From Paenisporosarcina sp. (GTDB taxonomy: Bacteria; Bacillota; Bacilli; Bacillales_A; Planococcaceae): 64,000 nucleotides of DNA. The notes beneath the pieces were generated by a model. The model searched no databases. It was not told the origin of the DNA and saw only the letters and a list, made by a program, of their open reading frames with translations. This document shows positions 8,003 to 15,796 of the stretch, one piece after another. The position numbers were made by a program, and so were the translations under genes. The stretch's first letter is position 1; the number at the start of each line of letters is the position of its first letter. The stretch covers positions 1,129 through 65,128 of the forward strand of contig JBHGUT010000034.1 in the NCBI GenBank assembly GCA_048976825.1, given 5' to 3'.

Positions 8003-9382
8003 TTACGACTCCCTTCTTAATCCGTCCAAAAGCAGATATGTCTCCTCATCCACGGAGCTTACTTTGTATGTTTTTTCTTTATCTTTTTTCTCTGTCTTCT
8101 TGGACTCGTTTTTTTTTCCTGAATTCTGCTTTTTGGAATTTCTTGATTTTTCATCTGAACGATCGCTGCTTTTTGGTTTTTGGTCGTTATTAGTGCTGCC
8201 TTCTTCTAACTCGCCATTGCTCACACTTTCTTCATCCATCTCTTCATCCCGATCCAGCGAGTCTGCCTGATCTTCGTCATCGTCGTCCTGCTCTTCTTCA
8301 GTTTCTTGACTAGAATCGCTGGTTTCTTGTGGAGCTTCAGATTCCTCATCTGAAGGAGCATCATCGCTGTCATCATCAGGCTTTTCGTCGTCTTCCATTT
8401 CTTCTGAATCTACATCTGACTCGTTAGTACCTGAAGCTTCCGTTTCCTCTTGTTCCTCATCAACATAAGACTCTTGATCAAATCTATCCTGTTCCCCATC
8501 ACTATCATCAAGGCTAGCTGCAGCTTCCTCATTTCCGTTGTTGCTGCCTGCACCCTTGCTGTCGTCTAAGCTGTCGTCTAAGCTGTCTTCTTCACCATTT
8601 TCTTCACCTGGCGAATCCACTCCTTGGTCGTTTTTATCTTCTGCCAGTTTTAAAAGAAGCTCTTCAATTTTGCCAAGGCGATCCTGCAGTTGTTCGTTTT
8701 CTGCCTTTAAGGCTTCATATTCCTCATTGGTTGATGAACCATCCGTCTTTGATTGTTTCCCGTCATCTTTGGCATTATTGCTAGATGGAACTTCTTCTTC
8801 CGTTTGTTCCTCTTCATCGTTTTCCTGATGTTCATAACTTGATGAATCTTCTTTCACGGAAGTTCGTAAAACAGAGCCTGACTCCTGGCTGCCGTCCTGG
8901 CTTTCTTCTTCCTCTTCATTTTCCAGGACTGGACCTTGTTCACTGGACGATGTTTCTGATTCATTTGAATCTCTGTTTGCTTCTGGAGTCTCTTCACTTT
9001 GCCCATTCTTTCCATCGGCCAGTTTTGCCAGCATCTCTTCTAGGCGGTCGAGGCGATCTGCCAAGCTTTCTTCCCCTTTTGAGGATGCCTGTCCATTGTC
9101 CAATTCAGAGGCATCACTGGACACTTCTTGATCGGCGGAATTATTTCCCTCTTCTTTTGTAAACAGCTTGGAAGCCGAACTCTTAATAGAATCGACAGCT
9201 TTTTTCGAATTGTCTTTTACTGCCTGTCCTAAATCCGCTCCCTTGCTGCTTAGCTTTTGGCCATTTTCTGGAGTAGCCAGGTATCCCACCGCTGCACCAA
9301 TCAAACCTCCTGCTAATGATCGTTTAAGGCTACCTTTTTTATTTTCCTCTGATTGATTTTCTTGCAAGATTGTCTCAGTCAT
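8003..9382 (-). CDS. gvpT: Gas vesicle protein GvpT (459 aa, long acidic low-complexity region)
   Basis: KRSLAGGLIGAAVGYLATPENG N-terminus; between gvpJ and gvpU; ATG at 9382 after AGGAGG. Confidence 0.85.
   Translation of the reverse strand: MTETILQENQSEENKKGSLKRSLAGGLIGAAVGYLATPENGQKLSSKGADLGQAVKDNSKKAVDSIKSSASKLFTKEEGNNSADQEVSSDASELDNGQASSKGEESLADRLDRLEEMLAKLADGKNGQSEETPEANRDSNESETSSSEQGPVLENEEEEESQDGSQESGSVLRTSVKEDSSSYEHQENDEEEQTEEEVPSSNNAKDDGKQSKTDGSSTNEEYEALKAENEQLQDRLGKIEELLLKLAEDKNDQGVDSPGEENGEEDSLDDSLDDSKGAGSNNGNEEAAASLDDSDGEQDRFDQESYVDEEQEETEASGTNESDVDSEEMEDDEKPDDDSDDAPSDEESEAPQETSDSSQETEEEQDDDDEDQADSLDRDEEMDEESVSNGELEEGSTNNDQKPKSSDRSDEKSRNSKKQNSGKKNESKKTEKKDKEKTYKVSSVDEETYLLLDGLRRES
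8558..8587. repeat. In-frame 12-bp tandem repeat (GCTGTCGTCTAA x2.5; DSLD DSLD DS) in gvpT
   Basis: Read directly. Confidence 0.85.
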
Positions 9383-9450
9383 GTTGTTTCCTCCTAGTGA
9401 TAATTTCAATTTGTTTTATTTATCAATTGACACCTTTTTTGTTTGTGTTA

Positions 9451-9777
9451 TTAGTAGTTGAACTCACTGGAATTCAGACGGTTGGCTGCCATGCTCTTTT
9501 CCAGCGTCTCGAGCCTTTCGTGAAGCTTCCGGTTCTCTTCCTCCAGAGCTTTCGTATTGCTGTCTGCCGCTTTGGAAGATAGGTAGGGATCGGTTTCCCA
9601 CCAATCCATGCCGATCTCTTTGGCCTTGTCGACCGAAGCAACGATCAGGCGGATTTTAATGGTCAGCAGTTCCACATCCGCAATTCCCACCGTAATATCT
9701 CCAGCGATGACAACACCTTTATCCAATATTTTCTCAAGTACATCTACAATCGTGTTGGATTGCATTGAATGTTCCAT
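9451..9777 (-). CDS. gvpJ: Gas vesicle protein GvpJ
   Basis: DVLEKILDKGVVIAGDI...ASVDKAKEIGMDWW GvpA-superfamily motif. Confidence 0.92.
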   Translation of the reverse strand: MEHSMQSNTIVDVLEKILDKGVVIAGDITVGIADVELLTIKIRLIVASVDKAKEIGMDWWETDPYLSSKAADSNTKALEEENRKLHERLETLEKSMAANRLNSSEFNY

Positions 9778-9802
9778 TTCTAGTCCTCCTTGGGTGTTTG
9801 TA

Positions 9803-10087
9803 TTAGAGCAAGCTTCCTAAAGGACCCAGATCAATATTCAAATCTTTGGCATCCAGGCCGAAGATTTCTTTCAGCTCTTCCATTTTTTCTTCCAGATTCA
9901 TCAACGCTTCGCCCAGATCCTCAATCTGCTGATCCGTAAGCGTACCGCCTTCGACTCGCCGGATGGCATGCCGTTCAACAATCTGCCTCAGCAGTTCAAT
10001 GACGGTCAGCACCAATTGCGCCAATCCATGCTCTGCATTATCAGGGTCTAGATTAATCTTTCCACTTGCTTGGTTGGTTGGTAGCAT
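9803..10087 (-). CDS. gvpK: Gas vesicle protein GvpK
   Basis: GLAQLVLTVIELLRQIVERHAIRR...DLNIDLGPLG. Confidence 0.92.
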   Translation of the reverse strand: MLPTNQASGKINLDPDNAEHGLAQLVLTVIELLRQIVERHAIRRVEGGTLTDQQIEDLGEALMNLEEKMEELKEIFGLDAKDLNIDLGPLGSLL

Positions 10088-10328
10088 CAGTCAATGCCTC
10101 CCTCTGTTTGTCAAATTGTTCCGAGGAAACGGTTTTGCTGTTTCCTTCTTGAGCCTGTACGAGAGATTCCACAGAAGCGATCAATACTCTCAGATCCAGG
10201 TACACTAAATCGACGCCAGCGATTGAAATCACTAAATCCGCCTTGATTGCAACTCCTTTGTCCAGGATGACATCCAAGATATCAATGAGTGCAATATCCT
10301 TGTTTTCCATCGATTCTCTTAATGCCAT
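10053..10328 (-). CDS. gvpS: Gas vesicle protein GvpS
   Basis: LIDILDVILDKGVAIKADLVISIAGVDLVYLDLR; between gvpL and gvpK. Confidence 0.88.
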   Translation of the reverse strand: MALRESMENKDIALIDILDVILDKGVAIKADLVISIAGVDLVYLDLRVLIASVESLVQAQEGNSKTVSSEQFDKQREALTDATNQPSKWKD

Positions 10329-10346
10329 ATTTTATCTCATCCTAAC

Positions 10347-11153
10347 TTATGAAAAGCTGGAAAAGTGGTAGGCTGGCCATGGCCCCGTGGCTTCAAATTG
10401 CCACCCAGTTCCATTCATATCCTTCTCGAATTGCTGGATCTTTTCCAAAAAGGTTTCTACACCTGATACGGGAATCAGATAGACGCTATTCCAGGTCATG
10501 TCATCCTTTCTTCCCGTCACGTCATTGCTCCATGTTCTTTTGACACTCCCTTTTAGCGCGAATTCGCTGAGACGTGCATGTATGTCTTCACTGATCCTGT
10601 TTTTTTCTTCTTCCAGTTCCGATTGAATGAGCTTGTCCAGCTTTTTCATCTCGAAAAACTGTTTGCCTTTGGAAAGCTGGCTGATTTCTTCCCTTTTCGC
10701 ATCAATGGCCGGATTGCTCTGGCTGACCTGTTCTTTCATCAGCTGGTCATCACAGAAAATTTTCAAATTCCATTCTTCGTTCCCCGAGATTGAGGTGAAT
10801 GTATCAACCAGATGCGATTCATTGGTTTGGACCGCATTTTCCAAACTCCCCTTGTTTTTAAACAGGGTGCAGAACTTCAGGGGGATAACCGTGAACGTCT
10901 TCGAAAGCATCATGACGGTTTCATGGTGGTGAAATGCTTTTTCCTGGAGCCATTCCATGTCATTATTGATTTTTTCCTTTATGCTTTCTTCTGAATACTG
11001 TTCCGGATCAAGGTCACAGACAATAGCGGTTGCCTTCCCTATAGGAAGAGGATATATGCCGCCTTTGCCGTCGAAGCCGTCAATAGCAGGAATCTGCTGT
11101 TTGACTGCTTCTTCTTCTGGAATCAAACCGTATAAGTAAACTAAACTGTCCAT
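10347..11153 (-). CDS. gvpL: Gas vesicle protein GvpL (GvpL/F family)
   Basis: YLYGLI, VIPLKFCT, TGPWPAYHF motifs. Confidence 0.9.
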   Translation of the reverse strand: MDSLVYLYGLIPEEEAVKQQIPAIDGFDGKGGIYPLPIGKATAIVCDLDPEQYSEESIKEKINNDMEWLQEKAFHHHETVMMLSKTFTVIPLKFCTLFKNKGSLENAVQTNESHLVDTFTSISGNEEWNLKIFCDDQLMKEQVSQSNPAIDAKREEISQLSKGKQFFEMKKLDKLIQSELEEEKNRISEDIHARLSEFALKGSVKRTWSNDVTGRKDDMTWNSVYLIPVSGVETFLEKIQQFEKDMNGTGWQFEATGPWPAYHFSSFS

Positions 11154-11165
11154 CTTTTCCTTTCC

Positions 11166-11420
11166 TCATTTCTTCTTTGTCATCTCTTCCCATTGCTGCA
11201 ATTCCATCCGTTTTGCCATTTCATATCGGATGATCAGATCCTCTTCCTTTGCTTTATATGCCTCTTCAGGTATTTCCCCGAGCTCATACATCATTTGGAG
11301 CTGGACCAGCTTCTGCTGTATGGTGGGAAGGTCGTAAAGCTCTTTGTCAGCCTCTTCTTTCACCTTTTCCCCAATTTTTATGACAAGGTTGATTGGAGCG
11401 AAAACCAGTTTATGGATCAT
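11166..11420 (-). CDS. gvpG: Gas vesicle protein GvpG
   Basis: EKVKEEADKELYDL..IQQKL..YELGEI.EEAY. Confidence 0.9.
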   Translation of the reverse strand: MIHKLVFAPINLVIKIGEKVKEEADKELYDLPTIQQKLVQLQMMYELGEIPEEAYKAKEEDLIIRYEMAKRMELQQWEEMTKKK

Positions 11421-12187
11421 CAGGCATCCTCAACTTTTAACCGGATATTGATGAAGTTATATGCGGGCCATGGTCCGCTGTAGCTGAATTCAACCTTGTC
11501 CTTCCATTTTTCGTATGTCTCATTAATTTTTTCATCAAAATCTGCTTCCTTGCCCCGCTCCACCAGGAATGCTGCGTTAAGGAGCATTTTCTCTCCGATT
11601 GGATCATTGGTTTTGGACGCTTCAGCCAATTCCGTCAACGGGCTGAATACTTCCTGTTTCACATCCTGCTGGAGAGAAGTAACGAGTTTTTGTGCCGCAC
11701 CACCAATTTGGATTCTCTCGTAATAGCTGGCAGCTTCTGATTTCCCTTGGACAGCTTTTGCCATTTTATCGATTTTCGAATTCTCGCTGACAAGTGATTC
11801 CAGCCAATCTTTTTTGCCGATGATTTTCAGCCCAAGCTCCACCTTCCCTTTGATAGCCGGGAACAGTTTTTCGAATTGGGGATACAGGTTCTCGAGCAGC
11901 ACACCAACGTCTTCTTCGGACTGGAACACATTCCCGAAGCTGACAGGGATCACGGTATCGTTTTTCTTCATCACTTGGGAAACTGCATTTTGGTGCATCA
12001 TCAGATTGTCTTTATTCGGATGGTAGATTTTCATCGGAACTTCAGCTGCTACAATGGCCGCATCTTTAAAGCGGATGGTAAACAGTTCTCTAGTTTCCCC
12101 TTCAATTTCGATTTCGCCGAAATCCCCATCTGTATCGGTCTGGATTCCGCAAAAAATATAGATGCCGTTTTGCTCTTCTTGGCTCAT
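11420..12187 (-). CDS. gvpF: Gas vesicle protein GvpF (GvpL/F family)
   Basis: GIYIFC, VIPVSFG, SGPWPAYNF motifs; follows gvpN. Confidence 0.9.
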   Translation of the reverse strand: MSQEEQNGIYIFCGIQTDTDGDFGEIEIEGETRELFTIRFKDAAIVAAEVPMKIYHPNKDNLMMHQNAVSQVMKKNDTVIPVSFGNVFQSEEDVGVLLENLYPQFEKLFPAIKGKVELGLKIIGKKDWLESLVSENSKIDKMAKAVQGKSEAASYYERIQIGGAAQKLVTSLQQDVKQEVFSPLTELAEASKTNDPIGEKMLLNAAFLVERGKEADFDEKINETYEKWKDKVEFSYSGPWPAYNFINIRLKVEDA

Positions 12188-12202
12188 TTTTTAAACTCTC
12201 CT

Positions 12203-13123
12203 TTATTTCTTGTTTGCCTTCATGTTACTGCAGGCATTTATGATTAATTTCTCTGCTGTTTTGATTGGTTCATCAGATTCGATGCAGCGGCTCACTTGGT
12301 GTCCTAGAATATCTAGACATAATCGTACAAAAAATGGATCAGATCCATCGATCCTGATTTTTTGTTCCGCTGCCAGCCTAGCGATCATGATGGATGCCCG
12401 CAGGCTCGGACCGCTGTCTTCCTTGCATTCCTGGCGCAGATTCGCGACCAGCTCTGTAATGGTAGCTGCATCCTTTTTATCGATGTCTGCTTTATCAGCT
12501 ACAATTGCCGCCTCACGATTATGGTCTTTGTGGTCAATATAAATGGTGATGAGCCGGTCGAGAAGTGCATCCTGTGTTTGATAAACCCCCGCATATTCTT
12601 CTGGGTTGCTGGTGAAGATCACCGCAAAATCAGGATGGACCCGCACAAACGGCTCAGTCAATTTGGTGCCGTACAACGGAAGGATCCCTTCCTCCAAAAT
12701 GGAGAGGAGGATATTATTGGTCGTTGGCAATGAACGGGTAAACTCGTCGTATACCAGCGTGTATCCATTCTTCACTGCCTCCAGCAACCGGCCATCTCTC
12801 CACGTCTCCGTCACGTTTTCATCCCGCTTATAGACCGACCGGATATAGTTGTCGACGACTTTCTTGCTCGTATAACCAGTAAAGTCCCCAATCAGGTCTT
12901 TATTATTCAGTTCATGGTTGCCGTGTATGAGCATGACGGGTTTTTTTCTTCTTTTCGCCAGAGCAAGCGCAAGAGTTGTCTTTCCCGCTCCGGATGGACC
13001 AGTAAAATGGATGGGATATCCGGCTTTCATGTACTGCAGCGAACGGGAAAGCAGTTCTTCCAACTTTTCGTCGCGTACGATCGCCCGTGAATTCTTGTCG
13101 ATTTTATCCTTTAAGACCGTCAC
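12203..13123 (-). CDS. gvpN: Gas vesicle AAA+ ATPase GvpN
   Basis: Walker A GPSGAGKT, Walker B LVYDEF, YAGV..TQDALLDR. Confidence 0.95.
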   Translation of the reverse strand: MTVLKDKIDKNSRAIVRDEKLEELLSRSLQYMKAGYPIHFTGPSGAGKTTLALALAKRRKKPVMLIHGNHELNNKDLIGDFTGYTSKKVVDNYIRSVYKRDENVTETWRDGRLLEAVKNGYTLVYDEFTRSLPTTNNILLSILEEGILPLYGTKLTEPFVRVHPDFAVIFTSNPEEYAGVYQTQDALLDRLITIYIDHKDHNREAAIVADKADIDKKDAATITELVANLRQECKEDSGPSLRASIMIARLAAEQKIRIDGSDPFFVRLCLDILGHQVSRCIESDEPIKTAEKLIINACSNMKANKK

Positions 13124-13147
13124 TCTGTTTCCTCCTACTCCCGCGAA

Positions 13148-13414
13148 CTACACTTCCATATTGATCGAGCTTCTATAGCGGATATCCCGTCTTTTATAGG
13201 ATGTGATTTCCTTCTCCGCGTTTAGATGGACGTCGTAAACGCCCAGCATTTCATCCTTTGCATACTTCTTCATGTATTCCTTTTCCTCAATGACCTCCAC
13301 AATCAGCTTCCAGCCATTGTCATCACTTGCTTCTACGGAAGTGATTTTATGGACCGGGGCTACGAACTCATTGAAGAACTCCGTCACATTTCCGATAATC
13401 TTTTTTATTTCCAT
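13148..13414 (-). CDS. gvpR: Gas vesicle protein GvpR (GvpO family)
   Basis: GWKLIVEVIEE...LGVYDV.L...SYKR motif; position after gvpB. Confidence 0.88.
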   Translation of the reverse strand: MEIKKIIGNVTEFFNEFVAPVHKITSVEASDDNGWKLIVEVIEEKEYMKKYAKDEMLGVYDVHLNAEKEITSYKRRDIRYRSSINMEV

Positions 13415-13479
13415 GGCAGCCTCCCGCTAAAAGTATGGCATGCCAGGATTGATTGAACCCTGGCACCGCCTGCTTGTTT

Positions 13480-13740
13480 CTAGATACTAAATCGTGCATT
13501 TCCTTCGTTCGACTGGAGTGCAAGGCCATCCTCTTCTGCACCATCGCGCAGCAACCCGACCGCCTCTGCATATCGAAGCCATGTATCCACACTGGCAATG
13601 ACCACTCTAGCTTCAACTGTCAAAATCTCAATTCCGACTACTGATACTCGGACAAATGCATCAATTACAATCCCTTTGTCCAAAATTCGGTCGATAACCT
13701 CCGCTAAACTTGAACTGTCTGTACTTTTTTGAAGTGCCAT
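13480..13740 (-). CDS. gvpB: Gas vesicle shell protein GvpB (GvpA2)
   Basis: [20 protein letters not shown]...[22 protein letters not shown]. Confidence 0.92.
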   Translation of the reverse strand: MALQKSTDSSSLAEVIDRILDKGIVIDAFVRVSVVGIEILTVEARVVIASVDTWLRYAEAVGLLRDGAEEDGLALQSNEGNARFSI

Positions 13741-13766
13741 ATTGCATTCTCCTTTCGCTGTTCTTT

Positions 13767-14216
13767 TTAGGAACTAATCGTTTTGATGTCCCTCATGGTT
13801 TTAATTTTGGTGGCTCCCGAAATGTCCTTGGACGTCTTGATCGAGCCGATGCCTTTGATGTCTGATACGCCCTTCACCCTGCGTTTATCATCTTTTTTAT
13901 TTACCGAGGAGACTTTCTCCTGTAATTCCTTCCCTGCCTCGACCACGCTGCCAAGTTTATCCCGGGCGAAAAGCAGTACATCCTGGGTTTTTTCTTTCGC
14001 TTCCTCGGCATTGCCCTCGACTTTGCCGGCAAATTTCTCCTTGGCATTCTCCAGGTTTTCAGTTAATTGGCTTGCCTTGTCCTGGACATGCTCAACAAGC
14101 TTTTCTTTCGCTTTATCAACTACAACTTCTTTTACTTTGTCTTTAATCGGTTCAGGTGTGTGTTCCATCACCGCCTTTGCGACTTTCCCTGCGGTTTTTG
14201 CCAACTGCTTGTCCAT
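13767..14216 (-). CDS. gvpQ: Gas vesicle protein GvpQ
   Basis: Lys/Glu-rich helical protein between gvpP and gvpB; assignment mainly by synteny. Confidence 0.8.
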   Translation of the reverse strand: MDKQLAKTAGKVAKAVMEHTPEPIKDKVKEVVVDKAKEKLVEHVQDKASQLTENLENAKEKFAGKVEGNAEEAKEKTQDVLLFARDKLGSVVEAGKELQEKVSSVNKKDDKRRVKGVSDIKGIGSIKTSKDISGATKIKTMRDIKTISS

Positions 14217-14248
14217 ACACTAACCCCCTTTGGGCTAAAGACATGCCA

Positions 14249-14724
14249 TTACTTGGTCGCCGCTAGTTTATTCAGCATGTCTTCAATTTTTCGAAGTCGC
14301 TCGTTCAACTGTTTGTTCTCTTCTTTTATTTCGCTGTAGCTTTGCTGGTTTTCTGCGTTTGAAGCTCCGTTATCGCCCTTCTTCGGGGACACAGCCCTTG
14401 TTCGATTTTACTCATATAGCCAGAAGCAAGATGCTTGATGCTGCTTTGGGCTTGTCCTGCCAGAAGTTCCTGAGCCGTTTTTCTGAATTCCTCGCTGGCA
14501 ACTTGCATCAATTCAGAATCGCCTAGTTTTTTCATGGCCTTCTTGCTAGTGTCTGGATTGGCGAGCAAGCCAATTCCTGCTCCAACAACTCCGCCGATCA
14601 GTGCAAAGTTCAAGGAAAAATTGCTGCTTTTCTTTTTATCCTGTGAAGGCTTGCTGTTTTCTGTTTGCTTATGTTCTTCCTGTTCCATTACTTCGTAATT
14701 TTCGTTTGATTCTTGACTATTCAT
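14249..14724 (-). pseudogene. gvpP: Gas vesicle protein GvpP with 1-bp frameshift near 14390
   Basis: GGVVGAGIGLLANP segment; the conserved-looking tail YSEIKEENKQLNERLRKIEDML lies in a shifted frame ending at 14249. Confidence 0.8.
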
Positions 14725-14758
14725 TTTCTTGTGTCATCCTTTCCTATGAATCTTATAT

Positions 14759-15013
14759 TTAATAACTTAATTGCTCACGTTGATTCTTATTTGGAAGTCC
14801 TTGATCCTGGGCTTCATCACTTAAGAGCCCAACAGCCTCCGCATACCGAAGCCATGTATCCACACTGGCGATGACCACCCGGGCTTCCACCGTTAGTATT
14901 TCAATCCCTACCAAGGAAACTCTTAAAAAGGCATCAATCACTATTCCCTTGTCCAGGATTCTATCAATCACCTCTGCAAGGCTTGAGCTGTCTGTACTTT
15001 TTTGTAAACTCAT
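14759..15013 (-). CDS. gvpA: Gas vesicle shell protein GvpA (GvpA1)
   Basis: [28 protein letters not shown]; ATG at 15013 after GGAGAGGAGG. Confidence 0.93.
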   Translation of the reverse strand: MSLQKSTDSSSLAEVIDRILDKGIVIDAFLRVSLVGIEILTVEARVVIASVDTWLRYAEAVGLLSDEAQDQGLPNKNQREQLSY

Positions 15014-15086
15014 ATCGCTGCCTCCTCTCCATTTTTTCACTTGCGGAAGTTGCGTTGTCAATTCTGTAACTGGCTACGTTATGTAT

Positions 15087-15111
15087 ATACCTGCGCAAAA
15101 CTCTAATAAAC
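15087..15111 (-). promoter_or_regulatory. Putative sigma-B/sigma-F-type promoter of gvp operon
   Basis: GTTTAT-N13-AGGTAT. Confidence 0.45.
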
Positions 15112-15237
15112 GAGGGAAAAGTAACCAATCCACCCAATTACAATAAACTCAGCTTTTTGTAATATTTAAATGCGATGATGACATTGTTTGGTAAATATTT
15201 GCTTTCTTTATTACATTTATGTTACGTGGTTTAAAAC

Positions 15238-15270
15238 AAAAAAAGAGAACATGGATTATCCATGTTCTCT
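15238..15270 (-). terminator. Intrinsic terminator upstream of the gvp promoter region
   Basis: Perfect 12-bp stem AGAGAACATGGA/TCCATGTTCTCT followed by T7 on minus strand. Confidence 0.85.
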
Positions 15271-15345
15271 CAGCGTTTGTATAGAAACCCCAAATTAGGG
15301 GTTCATTTTTTTATAACAAGGAGTTATCAGCAACTTCCTCAAATT

Positions 15346-15414
15346 TTAGATAAACAGTCCAACAACCGTAGCCGTCAAGACAGATGCCATTGTGGCAACT
15401 AATAGCATTTTAGC
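15346..15414 (-). pseudogene. C-terminal remnant resembling a NupC/CNT nucleoside transporter
   Basis: Translates AKMLLVATMASVLTATVVGLFI*, similar to recalled NupC-family C-termini; followed by a terminator. Confidence 0.5.
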
Positions 15415-15415
15415 A

Positions 15416-15628
15416 CTAATCAAGAAACACAATCTTCAATCCATTAATATTCACGGCTTCCGTCACACCCATGCATCTCTCTTGTTTGAAGCTGGAGCAA
15501 GTATTAAAGAAGTACAGGAGCGGCTTGGACATTCTGATATTCAAATGACAATGAATATCTATACACACGTTACTGATACGATTAAAGAGCAAATAGCAGC
15601 GAAATTCCAAAGGTATATGGAGCAATAA
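15416..15628 (+). pseudogene. Tyrosine integrase C-terminal fragment
   Basis: HGFRHTHASLL (HxxR), LGH and catalytic Y (NIYTH); N-terminal and core-binding domains absent; adjacent to att site. Confidence 0.92.
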
Positions 15629-15630
15629 TT

Positions 15631-15670
15631 TGGTCAAAAGTTATTTCCGTGGTCAATCCGTGGTCAAAAG
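15631..15670. repeat. Putative integrase arm-type sites: TGGTCAA x3 including tandem TCCGTGGTCAA x2
   Basis: Copies at 15631, 15650 and 15661; exact 11-bp tandem at 15646-15667. Confidence 0.7.
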
Positions 15671-15683
15671 CTTTTTTTTGCAC

Positions 15684-15719
15684 AAAAAAAGACCCCCAAC
15701 CAAAATGGTTGAGAGCCTT
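15684..15719 (-). terminator. Current rpsI terminator (inside island end)
   Basis: Minus strand AAGGCTCTCAACCA-TTT-TGGTTGGGGGTCTT then T-tract. Confidence 0.75.
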
Positions 15720-15732
15720 GAAACGTAGATAT

Positions 15733-15796
15733 ATTAACGTTTTGAGAACTGAGGTGCTTTACGTGCGCCTTTAAGACCGTATTTTTTACGTTCTTT
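15733..15796 (-). repeat. att site within rpsI 3' end (proximal island boundary)
   Basis: Direct repeat of 7270-7333. Confidence 0.95.

Larger units (their letters stand above)
7270..15796. mobile_element. Genomic island integrated in rpsI 3' end carrying gas vesicle cluster; integrase truncated
   Basis: Flanking direct repeats of rpsI 3' end, integrase remnant adjacent to rpsI, cargo visibly GC-richer than left flank. Confidence 0.9.

Noticed and set aside
7609-14339. Many long plus-strand ORFs antisense to gvp genes
   Set aside because: Shadow ORFs from biased codon usage of real minus-strand genes; no RBS or motifs. The same applies to antisense ORFs over ribosomal and rpo genes.
13540-15010. 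Nucleotide similarity between two segments (e.g. GAAGCCATGTATCCACACTGGC) as a mobile repeat
   Set aside because: Explained by the gvpA/gvpB paralog pair, normal for this cluster type.
15271-15312. CAGCGTTTGTATAGAAACCCC...GGGGTTC as an IS1182-like terminal remnant
   Set aside because: Loose resemblance only; no partner end, target duplication or transposase.
15392-15628. 78-aa ORF as a functional mini-integrase
   Set aside because: Lacks the first catalytic Arg region and DNA-binding domains; its apparent start lies across a deletion junction.
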